Shown here piece by piece: positions 1-9,693 of a stretch of 64,000 nucleotides of DNA (its first letter is position 1; every line of letters begins with the position of its first letter). The DNA comes from an uncultured Alphaproteobacteria bacterium (GTDB lineage: Bacteria > Pseudomonadota > Alphaproteobacteria > Caulobacterales > Parvularculaceae): assembly GCA_963765165.1 (NCBI GenBank), contig CAVXVQ010000026.1, forward strand, positions 85,636-149,635, read 5' to 3'. The notes under the pieces are model-generated. The model had not been told where the DNA came from, did no database searches, and worked only from the letters and a program-made list of their open reading frames with translations. A program made the translations under genes and the position numbers.

Positions 1-1
1 T

Positions 2-205
2 CGCGCCGCGCGCTTTACCAACGCCGCGCTGAAAGACGCGATCTTCACCGGCGCCGACCTTTCCGGCGCCGACTTTGCCGGCGCGCGGCTTCAGGGCGCC
101 GATCTGTCGGCTGCGCAAAATCTCACCGTCGAGCAGGTCGCGGCCGCTTGCGGCGATGCGAGCACAAAACTTCCACATGGGATGACGCTTCCGGCCTGCG
201 AATAG
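2..205 (+). CDS. Pentapeptide-repeat protein, C-terminal part (truncated by window start)
   Basis: Manual translation of frame 2: RAARFTNAALKDAIFTGADLSGADFAGARLQGADLSAAQNLTVEQVAAACGD...PACE*; A(D/N)LXX repeats. Confidence 0.85.
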   Translation, partial: RAARFTNAALKDAIFTGADLSGADFAGARLQGADLSAAQNLTVEQVAAACGDASTKLPHGMTLPACE

Positions 206-206
206 A

Positions 207-1031
207 TTATTCGCGGTCCGGCTTGCCGAAATCACGAGGATCAAGCGCCTGAAGCACCGCGAGCACCAGCGGCGAGAGGCCCTTCATTTCAAATCCCGGC
301 GGATAAAGGCCTGACCAGTCGGACCCGCTGCGCGCCTGCGGGAAAATCGAGCCCGCAGCGTCGCGGAGCAGCGGCGCGAGCGACTTCTCGATCCGCTCGC
401 CGATGTCGTGGATCGCCTCTTTCGCGCCGCCGATCGTCTTGCGGAAACTTTCAACGACCTCGCCGACGGTTCGCTCGCGCGCGCCGTCATAAAAGACGTG
501 GCGGTTCGCTTGCGCCGCGGCCGGCAGGATCGCGGCCGCGCTCGTCGCGGCGTTCGCGGAGAGGAGCTTTTTCGCGCCGCCCGCACCGAGGAAATGCGCG
601 GCATAGAGTTCAGCGGCGTCGACCGCGCGCCCTAACGCGCCTTCAAGCGTCGCCTTGTTCTCGCGCGCAAGTTCGCCCGCAAGCGCGGCGGCTTTTTCCG
701 GATCGAAGCGCAGATCGAGTATCTGTTGCCGGCGCGCCGCATCGGCGACGCCGAGCCTCCCGTTCGCGCCAGCAGTGATGTCGGCGGCGTACTGACCAAG
801 CCCGTGGGCGGATCCGTATGTCTTCACCGCCTGAAGCCAGGTCTGCTCGATGAACTGGAAAAGCCCTGCGGCACTCGATGTCTTCGCCGTCGCTTCGGGG
901 TCGAGCGAACTCTCGCGCACGGCGACGCGGTAGAGATAGTCAAACCCGACGCCGGTCGTCTCGGCGGCCTTTTTAAGGGCGCCCGAAACCGCGGCCTTTG
1001 CAGCCGTCGCGGATTGGATGGCGTCGGTCAT
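207..1031 (-). CDS. Lytic transglycosylase (SLT-domain) protein
   Basis: AVRESS catalytic Glu motif, SSAAGLFQFIEQTW, LYAAHFLGAGGA. Confidence 0.85.
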   Translation of the reverse strand: MTDAIQSATAAKAAVSGALKKAAETTGVGFDYLYRVAVRESSLDPEATAKTSSAAGLFQFIEQTWLQAVKTYGSAHGLGQYAADITAGANGRLGVADAARRQQILDLRFDPEKAAALAGELARENKATLEGALGRAVDAAELYAAHFLGAGGAKKLLSANAATSAAAILPAAAQANRHVFYDGARERTVGEVVESFRKTIGGAKEAIHDIGERIEKSLAPLLRDAAGSIFPQARSGSDWSGLYPPGFEMKGLSPLVLAVLQALDPRDFGKPDRE

Positions 1032-1053
1032 GTCGAAAACTCACACTTCATGG

Positions 1054-2155
1054 TCAAGAAACTCCTAACTGGTTGAACCGCGCCGCCGAAAAGGCGGCGA
1101 TTGAGGGGTCGAGGCGTCCTTCGACGATGAGGCGGACAATCGCGTCCGCTGTCGCCGGGGCGAGCAGGATCCCGTTTCGATAGTGCCCGAGGGCGAAAAT
1201 GACGCCCTGCGTCTCCGGCGCCGGGCCGATGATCGGCGCGCCGTCTTTCGTCGCCGGACGAAGGCCGGCCCAGCGCTCTACTTCAACGGCGTCCTTCAAG
1301 GCAGGGAAGGCGAAGGCGGCGCCCTTTTTCAGCGCCTCGACGCGGGCGTCGTCGGCGTTCAATGACCAGTCGCCCGGCACTTCTGTCGCGCCGATGACGA
1401 CGCGTCCGTCCGCCTTCGGACAAAGATAGGCGCTCGACGTCCGAACGACGCGGTTTGGTCCCGACGCGGGGCGCTTGATCGCGAGCGCTTCGCCTTTGAC
1501 GGGAAAGGCGGCGCCCTTCGGCAGGTCGGCAAGACCCGCGACGCGCGCACCCGTCGCAATGACGACGCACGCCGCCGCCAGCGTCTCGCCGTCGAAAAGC
1601 CTGGCGTTGACCGCCCCCTTTTGCTCCGGCGCGAATATCGGCGACGGATTTCCCGCGCAGGATGCGCCCGCCGTCGCGACCAAGCGCGAGTTCGAGCGCC
1701 GTGCGCACAAGGCGCGGATCGATCTGGCCGTCATCCTTCGCATAGCGCCCGCCGAGGACAGAAGGCGCCATCGCCGGCTCGAGCTTAAGGACGTCGTCGC
1801 GCGTCAGCCGCTCGCCGCCGTCATGATCCTTCCCGAAGGCCGCCGTTTCCGTTTCATCGAAAGCGACCGACAAAACGCCGCGCTGAAAATCGCAGTCGAT
1901 CCCGCTCCTCTCGCGCAGCATTTCCGCAACTTCCGGCCAGCGCGACAGGCTTTGCGCGCTGAACGCCGTGAGATCCGCGCCCGTTTTATGCAGCGATGTC
2001 TCGAACGACGGCGCCAGCATCCCGGCGGCGGCGTTGGTCGCCGCCGGCATCCCTGAATCGACCACCGTCACGCCGACGCCGGCGCGCGCGAGCATCCATC
2101 CCGTCATCAATCCGATGACGCCGCCGCCCGCGATGAGGACGTCAGGACGGGTCAT
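1054..2155 (-). CDS. thiO: Glycine oxidase ThiO-like FAD-dependent oxidoreductase (frameshift near 1600-1640)
   Basis: GGGVIG, AAAGMLAP in ORF 1283..2155; WAGLRP and GHYRNGILLAP in ORF 1054..1743. Confidence 0.75.
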
Positions 2156-2166
2156 GCGGGCAACTG

Positions 2167-2385
2167 CTTCACCTCTCCCTTGGGAGAGGTCGAAACCGCG
2201 TCCTTCGAGACGCCCTGGTTCTCCTCATCCTGAGGGCGTTCGCGAAGCGAACGCGTCTCGAAGGACGAGGAGAACCAGGTTCCTCAGGAGAGGGCGGTTT
2301 CGGGTGAGGGGTCCGCCCTTTCCGTTCGAGTGCCGACCCCTCACCCGCGCGCTGCGCGCGCTGGCCTCTCCCAAGGGAGAGGCGG
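2167..2385. repeat. Nested intergenic palindromic (REP-like) element
   Basis: Outer CCTCTCCC/GGGAGAGG and GGGTGAGGGG/CCCCTCACCC hairpins enclose TCCTTCGAGACG...CCTCAGGA and TCATCCTGAGG...CGTCTCGAAGGA units; inverted relative at 50822-50958. Confidence 0.8.
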
Positions 2386-2403
2386 GGACTTGCGGCGCGA
2401 CCA

Positions 2404-2968
2404 TCACTCCTCCACCTTTTTCACGCCGGAAAGCAGCATCGTCTTTTCGCGCGATCCCGCCGAAGAGCCAAAGAAATAATTGACGACCGCAGCGGTCATC
2501 GTCGCCAGCGCGCCGAGCATGATTGCGAACTCGGTCTCGGCGCCGGGCGGCAATTTGCGCGCGACCATCGCGGCGAGCGTCAAAAAGAACCCGCCGACGA
2601 TCAGCGCGCCAAGGACGGACGGCGTCCAGTCGCCGAGCTTTGTCTGGCGGTCGCGCGCGCTCGCCCGGTCGCCGGCGTCGATGCGCTGTTCTTCGACGGC
2701 GGCGTTCCGGATCGCCAGACGAAACTCGTTCTCGGCGCGTTTGAGGGCGATCAGCTGATCGGCGCTCGCATTCGCCACCGCCTCGGCAAGATCGTCTTCC
2801 TCGACGTTTTCCTTGCCGAAGATCGCCCGCGCGATCGCCGCAACAGCGGCGCCGGCGAGCGGCCCGCCGAGCTGTTCTGCAATTTTCGGCGCGGTTTTCG
2901 CGACCGCCTTTTTTGAGACGGCCCCGCTTTTCAGCCTTTGCGGCGCCGTCGTCCTTATCGTCCGCCAT
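2404..2968 (-). CDS. 3TM holin-like membrane protein (GTA/phage type), frameshift in a T-run near 2910
   Basis: Joined frames give ...APKIAEQLGGPLAGAAVAAIARAIFG...DRASARDRQ...two TM segments...VVNYFFGSSAGS; SD AGGAG upstream. Confidence 0.6.
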
Positions 2969-3029
2969 CGTTCTTCTCCTTACGCAACTGGCGTCTTGAT
3001 CCTGGAACGAATGATAAGCCCTCCCGGAA

Positions 3030-3065
3030 GGTGTGGGATAAACTGGGGGATAAGTAGGGGGATAA
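3030..3065 (-). promoter_or_regulatory. 3x 12-bp tandem DnaA-box-like repeat (TTATCCC[A/C]C on - strand) upstream of the holin-like gene
   Basis: + strand ggtgtgggataa actgggggataa gtagggggataa; same family as 62040-62111. Confidence 0.7.
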
Positions 3066-3174
3066 GTCCGTCCGTTTTGATTAGGTCGCTGATATCATTA
3101 CAGAATTTTTATCCTTGAAACCGTTTGCGAAAAAAAGCGGATCAATTCAGGGTTGAATCCTCAGTTCGGCGTCG

Positions 3175-4437
3175 ATGACATTTTCGCGCGGATCTCGTTC
3201 TCTTTGGCTTGGGCAGATGGGCTGGCTTGCATTTCTTGCGGCGCTAACCGCGATTCCGGGGATCGCATCGTCGCATTTTGCCCGCAGAGCCGCCGCCGCT
3301 CCCGCCTTGACGATCGCCGCCGGCGCCGCGCTCGCGGTCTTTTTCGGCCTCTTCAATCTTCCTGAACCGCCAGCCGACTGGATCTCTTTCGCCGCGAAAG
3401 CTGGATTGGCGATGCTCGGCTTTGCGTCGGCTGCGCAGCTCCGCGTGTCAAAACTTGCGCGGCAATGCCCGTCGTCCTTCCGTCTCACCTGCGGCGGCGC
3501 GCCGCTTTATTTCTTCGCCTGCTCGCTTGCCGCTTTCATCATGCTGCCGCAGCTTTCCATTCCGTCGGCGATGCTGGTCGGCGGCGCGCTGATGCTGAAC
3601 GGCGCCGCCTTCGATCGGCGCGCCGTCGTCAACACGCCGGCGCCGGCCGCGATCAAGGCGGCGGTTCGCAACGAGAGCGCGGCGATCATCGCGCTCGGCA
3701 TCCCGCTCGCAACGCTTCTCGCCGCGAACGCGACCGTGTCGACGCCGAACGAGCCCTCGCTCGGCCCGTTGATGGTGTCGAGCCTTGCGGTGCTGAAAGG
3801 CTTTGCGTTCGGCGGCGTTGCAGGACTTGCCGCCAGTCTTGCCGGCGCGCTCTATCGCCGCCGCATGATGCAGCAGCGCGCGCTTGACGGACAGTTCGCC
3901 ATCCTCGCCGGCGTCGTCATGTTCGTCATCGGCCCGGCGATCGGCTGCGATCCGATCGTTGCGGCGACTGCGGTTGGCCTCCTCTGGGGCGAGCAGACGA
4001 GCGCCGCCTCAACGACGCGCCTCCGGATCCGCCGCTATGTCGATCGCGCGGTGACGCCGCTCGCCTATTTCACCTTCGGCGCCGTGCTCTTGCCGCGCCT
4101 TTTGCAGGCCGACATGCTCGCCGTCGTTTTCGCGCTCGCCGCCGTCACCGTGATGCGCGCGGGACCACGTCTTGCAATCCTCCAGACGCCGATGCTGCCC
4201 AAGGAAAGCCAGATGTTCCTTGCGTGGTTCGGCGGCGCGCCGGGCGCGGCGTCCGCGCTATTCGTGATGACGCTCCTCGGCAATCCCGCGCTCATCGACG
4301 CCGACGCGGTCCTTATGGTGACGACGCTTGCGATCCTCTTCGGCGTCGCCGCCGCGCGCCTCACCTCGCGCCCGCTCGCAAGGCTTTATGTCCGCCAGTC
4401 GGCGATCGCAAAGCAACGGCGGGCTTGGGTCGGGTAG
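3175..4437 (+). CDS. Cation:proton antiporter (CPA1/NhaP-like), divergent
   Basis: ~12 TM segments, FLAWFGG motif, R-N-E-S at the ES..ND position. Confidence 0.65.
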   Translation: MTFSRGSRSLWLGQMGWLAFLAALTAIPGIASSHFARRAAAAPALTIAAGAALAVFFGLFNLPEPPADWISFAAKAGLAMLGFASAAQLRVSKLARQCPSSFRLTCGGAPLYFFACSLAAFIMLPQLSIPSAMLVGGALMLNGAAFDRRAVVNTPAPAAIKAAVRNESAAIIALGIPLATLLAANATVSTPNEPSLGPLMVSSLAVLKGFAFGGVAGLAASLAGALYRRRMMQQRALDGQFAILAGVVMFVIGPAIGCDPIVAATAVGLLWGEQTSAASTTRLRIRRYVDRAVTPLAYFTFGAVLLPRLLQADMLAVVFALAAVTVMRAGPRLAILQTPMLPKESQMFLAWFGGAPGAASALFVMTLLGNPALIDADAVLMVTTLAILFGVAAARLTSRPLARLYVRQSAIAKQRRAWVG

Positions 4438-4489
4438 GCTTTTCGCCATTGACATCCGGGGACGGCCCCGCCGACGTTTCCCGTGGCAA

Positions 4490-4566
4490 GCGCCCGTAGC
4501 TCAGCTGGATAGAGTGCCAGACTTCGAATCTGGATGTCGGGAGTTCGAGTCTCTCCGGGCGCGCCA
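4490..4566 (+). tRNA. tRNA-Arg, anticodon TCG
   Basis: GCGCCCG acceptor stem, TAGCTCAGCTGGATAGAG D-arm, CCAGA-CTTCGAA-TCTGG anticodon arm, GTTCGAGT T-loop, encoded CCA; TTGACA at 4449-4454. Confidence 0.95.
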
Positions 4567-4631
4567 TTGCGTCTAGCGGCCTGTAACCGCTGACCAAACT
4601 TTCCACAGTGGCGGATCGCCCCGGCATGGCG

Positions 4632-4647
4632 GTAACCACCTGTTAAC
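4632..4647 (+). promoter_or_regulatory. Possible CtrA site upstream of the TipN-like gene
   Basis: GTAA-N7-TTAAC, one mismatch to TTAA-N7-TTAAC. Confidence 0.35.
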
Positions 4648-4754
4648 CGGCGATGGCGATGCCGCCAATGCCCGACAAGTCGTTGAACGGCGCGCTCAAT
4701 TGGCGTTCACTGGAAATTGGGTTATTCGAGGCTAGTGTTGCGCCGGGCGAAGCC

Positions 4755-7222
4755 ATGACGAATTCCGCAGAGATAACAGACGCTTCGCGGCGGGACGCCA
4801 GCGTGGAACTCGAAAGCGCAAAACTGCGCCTTCGCGGGATCTCGGAGTTCCGGGGATGAAAATCCGCCGTCGGAATTTCGCACCTTTGAAAAATGGGCGG
4901 CGTCGGAAGGACGCGGCCGCGACCGTCAGGTCGTGAGGCTCGGCCGCCTCGGCGCGCGTCTTGAGACATGGGCGCGGTTCGCGGCCGTCCTCGTCTTTGC
5001 GTGCGTGTTCCTCGGCTGGCCGATCGGCGCGTTGATGGCGCATGTCAAAGTCGCGGGCTCGCTCGCGGGCTTCGCGCTTTCGGGCGGCTACACCGCCTGG
5101 GCGGTCGCCGTCGGCATCATCGTCCCCCTCTGCCTCTTCCTGCTCGGCCATCTCGCCGCGCGCATGACGACGATGATCGGCGCCGCCGAAATCGATCGCG
5201 GCCGTCGCGCAGCAGATGATGCAGCCTGACCGCGCCGCGATTGAGAACGTCCAGACCGTCGGCTCGGTCGTCCGTGAACAGATGGAGGCGCTCAACGCCG
5301 GCATCGACGACGCGCTGATCCGCCTTGCCTCCGCCGAAGCGATGATCCGCCAGCATGTCGGCGCGATCGAACAGGCGGGCGCCGCCGTCGAGAGCCGCAC
5401 CTCGAACGCCGCCGAGCGCGTCGCCGCCGAACGCGCGCGCCTCATGGACCTCACCGAAACCCTCAACGTCCGCGCCGACGAGTTCGCGACCGCGATCGCC
5501 GAGAAGGCGCAAGCCAATATCGAGGCGCTTCACAACGCCGGGACGGCGACGCTCTCCGCCGAGGCGCGTTTCGACGACCGCCTCGCCCGGCTTGAAGCGG
5601 CGGCCCAGCGCGCGCTGCAAAGTTTCGAGGCGCTCTCTTACGCGCTTTCCGAAGCCGACGAACACATGCGCACGACCTCGGGCTCGATTGAAACGTCGGC
5701 GAGCGAGGTGAAGCGCGTCTCCGAACTCGCCGCGCGCATCGCCGACGCCGCCGCCGAATCCGCCGCGAGAAACGCCGCCAATATCGGCATGTTCTCCGCG
5801 CAAGCCTCCGAGCGCGCGCAAAAGGCCGCCGAACAATCGATCGAGATCTCCCGGCGAGAGGCCGAGCGCGCGACCGACGCCGCCGTCGAATTTGCCGTGC
5901 GCGAATCGCAGCGCGTGACCGACGCCGCCGCCAAGGCGGTCGAGGGTGTCCGCGCCGCAACAAAGAGCGCGGTCGAGACCGCCGCGGTCGACGCCGAAAA
6001 AGCCGCCGCCGCCGCGAACCTCGTTTCCGAAGCGGCGCGCCTGACGACGGCGGCGGCGCGCGAAGCGTCGGTTGAAGTCATGAAGGCGGGCGAAGTCGCC
6101 AAGAAAAGCGCCGACGACGCGATCGGGATTTCAGAAGCGGCGACCCTGCGCGTCGAGACGCGCAACACGGAGCTTGCCGCCGCGAGAGCCTCGCTTGAGG
6201 CCGAGAACACGCGCCTTGAATCGCTGATCGACGAGCAGCGAAAGCGCGCGGACCGCCTCGCCGACGCGATTGCGACGCAGACGGAGCGCCTTTCCAAGCT
6301 TGCTGAAAATCAGCTGCGCGAACAGGAAGCGGCGGCCCGCCTTGCCGAAGCGCAGGCGCAGATCCAGCAGACGCGCGCCGCCGAATCCGAAAGGCAGTCG
6401 CGTCACGACGCTGAAAAGCGTGCAAAGGAAAAGGAAGAAGCCGAACGCGCGGCGAAGGCGGAAGCGGCAAAGCTCGACGCCGAACGCGCGGCGAAAATCG
6501 AAGCCGAGGCGAAGGCCAAGAAGGCCGCGGCGGCGGACAAGGAAAAGCTGAAAGCGAAGCCGGCGTCGGCGCGCGCGTCCGGCGCCGAGCCGTCGAACGT
6601 CCTTGAGCTCGGCAAGGCGTCGCGCCAACGCGCGCCGCAGCCGCCGCAAGGCGGCGGCGCAGCGGCGACCGCCGCGCGTCTTGAAGATCTCGCCGAAGAC
6701 ATTGCGCGGTCGAAAAACGGGTCCGCTGAAAGCGCTCCCAAGGACGAGGAACGTCGCAGCAAGGACGGCGTTTCCTGGCGCGAGATTCTCTCGGCGACCG
6801 ACGAGGCGGAACCCCTCGATCTCGGCGCCGCGGACCGTCGCGGCGACGCGGCCCGCGCCGCAACCTCAAATGCGGTCAAGATCATCGCGGATCTGCAGGC
6901 CTTCACGCTCGATCTCGAAACCCGCCTTTACGGCGATCCGCCGCCGGCGCTGCTTGAGCGTTTCGAGCGCGGCGACCGCAACGTCTTTGCGAACCGGATC
7001 CTCCGACTCAACGAAGCGGACGTGAAGCGGCGCATCCGCGCCGAATCGAGCCGCGACAAGTCGTTCGAACGCGGCATCCACGATTTCCTGCAGGGCTTTG
7101 AACGCCTGCTCGAAGACGCAACAACGTCGGCGACGGCGGATGAAGAGCTTGAGGAATATCTCTCCTCGCCGCTCGGCCGCGTCTACCTCCTCGTCGGCGC
7201 AACGGTCGGCTATTTCGCGTAA
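4755..7222 (+). CDS. TipN-like polar landmark coiled-coil protein (frameshifts near 4855 and 5190)
   Basis: Two N-terminal TM helices, long Ala/Glu coiled coil, C-terminal GVSWREIL...YLSSPLGRVYLLVGAT resembling TipN/GPR C-termini. Confidence 0.6.
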
Positions 7223-7270
7223 TTCGCTAGTGCCGCATGGCGGCGCGCGCCGGCGATGGGCGCGCGGCGT

Positions 7271-7978
7271 TCAGGATTTCGGCGCCTCGGCCGCCTTTTC
7301 CGCTTCTTCGAGCGTCCAGTCGACCAACTCGCGCTGGATTTTTTCGAGCCCCGCATTGAGCGCGGTCGCCGCCGCGCCGGCGTTATCGGCGGAGACGGGC
7401 TCCGCGGCCGTGAAGAGCTTCGACGCATGGACGATGCTGCGTCCGTTGGTGAGGCGCGCGAAGATCGAGACTTCGGCCGATAATGAACCGTTCTCGTGGG
7501 TGATCGTCAGCGTGCGGACGTCGGTTTGCAGCGCAAAGGTCGAGATCGGCAGCGTCACGCGGCTGCCGACGCCTTTGACGGCGCCCGTGTTCTCAAAGCT
7601 TCTGACGAGCGCGGCGCCAAGAAGGCGCGGCGCGCGGTCGACCCACTCGCCGCCTGAATAATATTCGATGCGCGCGGGTTCGCGCGAGAGCGCGATCTTC
7701 GCGGTGTTGAACGCCAGCGTCGCTTCCGGCTCCTCGACGCCGAGCGTCCACGCGACCGGCGAGCGGTCGCCGGCGACCGTCACATCCGTCACCTGATAGC
7801 GCGCGGAGGCGGGCGGCGCGTCGGGAAGGACGGAGACGCAAGCAGCGAGGCCCGTCATCGCCGCGAGCATCGCGACGGTGAACGGGAATCGGGAATCGGG
7901 AATCGGGAATTGGAAGGCGCGCCGGAACTCGATTCCCGATTCCCGATTCCCGATTCCCGCTTTTTTTACGGAACTCAC
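7271..7978 (-). CDS. ABC-type transport auxiliary lipoprotein (PqiC/DUF330-like)
   Basis: Lipobox LAAC, EWVDRAP, last gene of the MCE operon, GTG overlaps the mlaD stop. Confidence 0.8.
   Translation of the reverse strand: MSSVKKAGIGNRESGIEFRRAFQFPIPDSRFPFTVAMLAAMTGLAACVSVLPDAPPASARYQVTDVTVAGDRSPVAWTLGVEEPEATLAFNTAKIALSREPARIEYYSGGEWVDRAPRLLGAALVRSFENTGAVKGVGSRVTLPISTFALQTDVRTLTITHENGSLSAEVSIFARLTNGRSIVHASKLFTAAEPVSADNAGAAATALNAGLEKIQRELVDWTLEEAEKAAEAPKS
7883..7959. repeat. Heptamer inverted repeat (CGGGAAT)4-N21-(ATTCCCG)4
   Basis: Perfect 28-bp arms read directly from the sequence; followed by a T7 run on the + strand. Confidence 0.95.
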
Positions 7979-8874
7979 TGCCTCTCCCCCTCATATCTCG
8001 GCGTCAACTCGCCGAGGAGATAGCCGCGCGGATCGCGATCGATTTCGCGAAGCACCTGATCAAACGTTCTGAACATCTGCCGCGCCTCGGCGACGGCGGG
8101 GCCGACCTGCGCGAGGCCCTGATCGGTGAAGACGCGGATCGACTCGCGGTTTTCGGCGACAGCGCCGCGCATTTCAACGATGAGCGCCTTTGTCTCGGCG
8201 AGCGTCGCCTTCGCCTCTGCCATCGTTTGCGGCGCATCGTCGGCCAGCAGTTTGTCGAGGTTGGCGGCGGTCCGGTCGAGATTGGCCGACGCGGCCGCCG
8301 AATTCTCCATCGTCGCGGTGATGTTGTCGTCCTGCGCGGCGAGCGCGCCTGTCAGCGTATCGACGCTCGCGAGGATGCGGGTGAAAGCCGCCGTGTTCTC
8401 TTCCGACAAGAGCAGGTTCGCCTTGGCGACGATCTCGTTGCCGCCGGCAAGAATTTGCGCGATGCCGCCGGCGTCCGCCTCGAGGCGGGGAACGCCGCGC
8501 GTCACGTCCTTCAACAGCGGCTCTTCGGCGCTGCCGCCGACAAGCTGGATGATCGCAAGCCCCGTGAAGCCGACGAGTTCGAGCTCCGCCTTGGTGTCTG
8601 TCTTGACCGGCGTGTCGTCGTCGACCTGGATGCGCGCGATGACGATCCCCGGATTGTCGGACGCGATCGAGAGGTCCATGACCTCGCCCTTCTGGATGCC
8701 GTTGAACGAGACCGCGGCGCCGACCGAGAGGCCCGAGACGCGCTCGCGGAATATGACGTCGTATTCGTCGTAATCGCGCTTCGCCTGGCCGAGCCAGAGC
8801 ACGAAAAGAAACGCGAACGCCACCGAAATGAGGACGAAGGCGCCGATCAGCACGTAATGCGCGCGCGTTTCCAT
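7975..8874 (-). CDS. mlaD: MCE/MlaD-family protein
   Basis: METRAHYVLIG N-terminal TM, VSGLSVGAAVSFNGIQKGEV MCE motif. Confidence 0.9.
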   Translation of the reverse strand: METRAHYVLIGAFVLISVAFAFLFVLWLGQAKRDYDEYDVIFRERVSGLSVGAAVSFNGIQKGEVMDLSIASDNPGIVIARIQVDDDTPVKTDTKAELELVGFTGLAIIQLVGGSAEEPLLKDVTRGVPRLEADAGGIAQILAGGNEIVAKANLLLSEENTAAFTRILASVDTLTGALAAQDDNITATMENSAAASANLDRTAANLDKLLADDAPQTMAEAKATLAETKALIVEMRGAVAENRESIRVFTDQGLAQVGPAVAEARQMFRTFDQVLREIDRDPRGYLLGELTPRYEGERQ

Positions 8875-8880
8875 GCCCGT

Positions 8881-9693
8881 CTACACTCTCTCGGCGGGCT
8901 TCAGCCCGCCCTGTTCCTTCGCCGACAGCGCCGCCCGGCCGCGCGGTCCGGCGAAATACTCCTGTATCCACGGATGATCGGAGCCGCGCACCTCATCGAG
9001 CGTCCCGACGGCGATCACCCGCTTTTCCGCGATCACCGCGACGCGGTCGCAGGTCGCGTGCAGCGTATCGAGGTCATGGGTCACCATAAACACGGTTAAC
9101 CCTAAGGAATTCTTGAGGTTGACGATGAGCTGGTCGAAGTTTTCGGCCCCGATCGGGTCAAGGCCAGCGGTCGGCTCGTCGAGAAAGACGATTTCGGGGT
9201 CGAGCGCGAGCGCGCGGGCGAGCCCGGCGCGCTTGTTCATGCCGCCTGAAAGCTCGGAGGGGAATTTGGCGCCCGCGTCGGCGGGAAGGCCCGACATCGA
9301 AATCTTCATCGCCGCGATATCGGCGGCGAGCTCTTTTGGAAGTTTCAGATGCTCGCGGATCGGCGCCATGACGTTTTGCGCAACGGTGAGCGACGAGAAG
9401 AGCGCGCCGCCCTGAAACATGACGCCCCATCGCCGCTCGATCTCGATCTGCTCCTGAGGGGACTTTTCGTAGAAATTTTCACCGAAGACTTTGACTGTCC
9501 CCGCCGTCGGGAGCTTCAATCCGATGATCGCGCGCATCAGCACCGATTTGCCGGTGCCCGACCCGCCGACGACGCCGATGATTTCGTTCCGGCGGACGAC
9601 GAGATCGAGATTGTCATGGATGACATTGTCGCCGAACTGCGTGCGCAGTCCCTTGACCTCGATCACCGGCTCGGAGGCGCCCTCGTTCGCCAT
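8881..9693 (-). CDS. mlaF: ABC transporter ATP-binding protein (MlaF family)
   Basis: GGSGTGKS, LSGGM, FLDEPTAGLDP. Confidence 0.9.
   Translation of the reverse strand: MANEGASEPVIEVKGLRTQFGDNVIHDNLDLVVRRNEIIGVVGGSGTGKSVLMRAIIGLKLPTAGTVKVFGENFYEKSPQEQIEIERRWGVMFQGGALFSSLTVAQNVMAPIREHLKLPKELAADIAAMKISMSGLPADAGAKFPSELSGGMNKRAGLARALALDPEIVFLDEPTAGLDPIGAENFDQLIVNLKNSLGLTVFMVTHDLDTLHATCDRVAVIAEKRVIAVGTLDEVRGSDHPWIQEYFAGPRGRAALSAKEQGGLKPAERV

Noticed and set aside
4567-4750. Genomic island integrated at tRNA-Arg
   Set aside because: I found no integrase and no duplicated tRNA 3' end; the flanking genes look like core genes.
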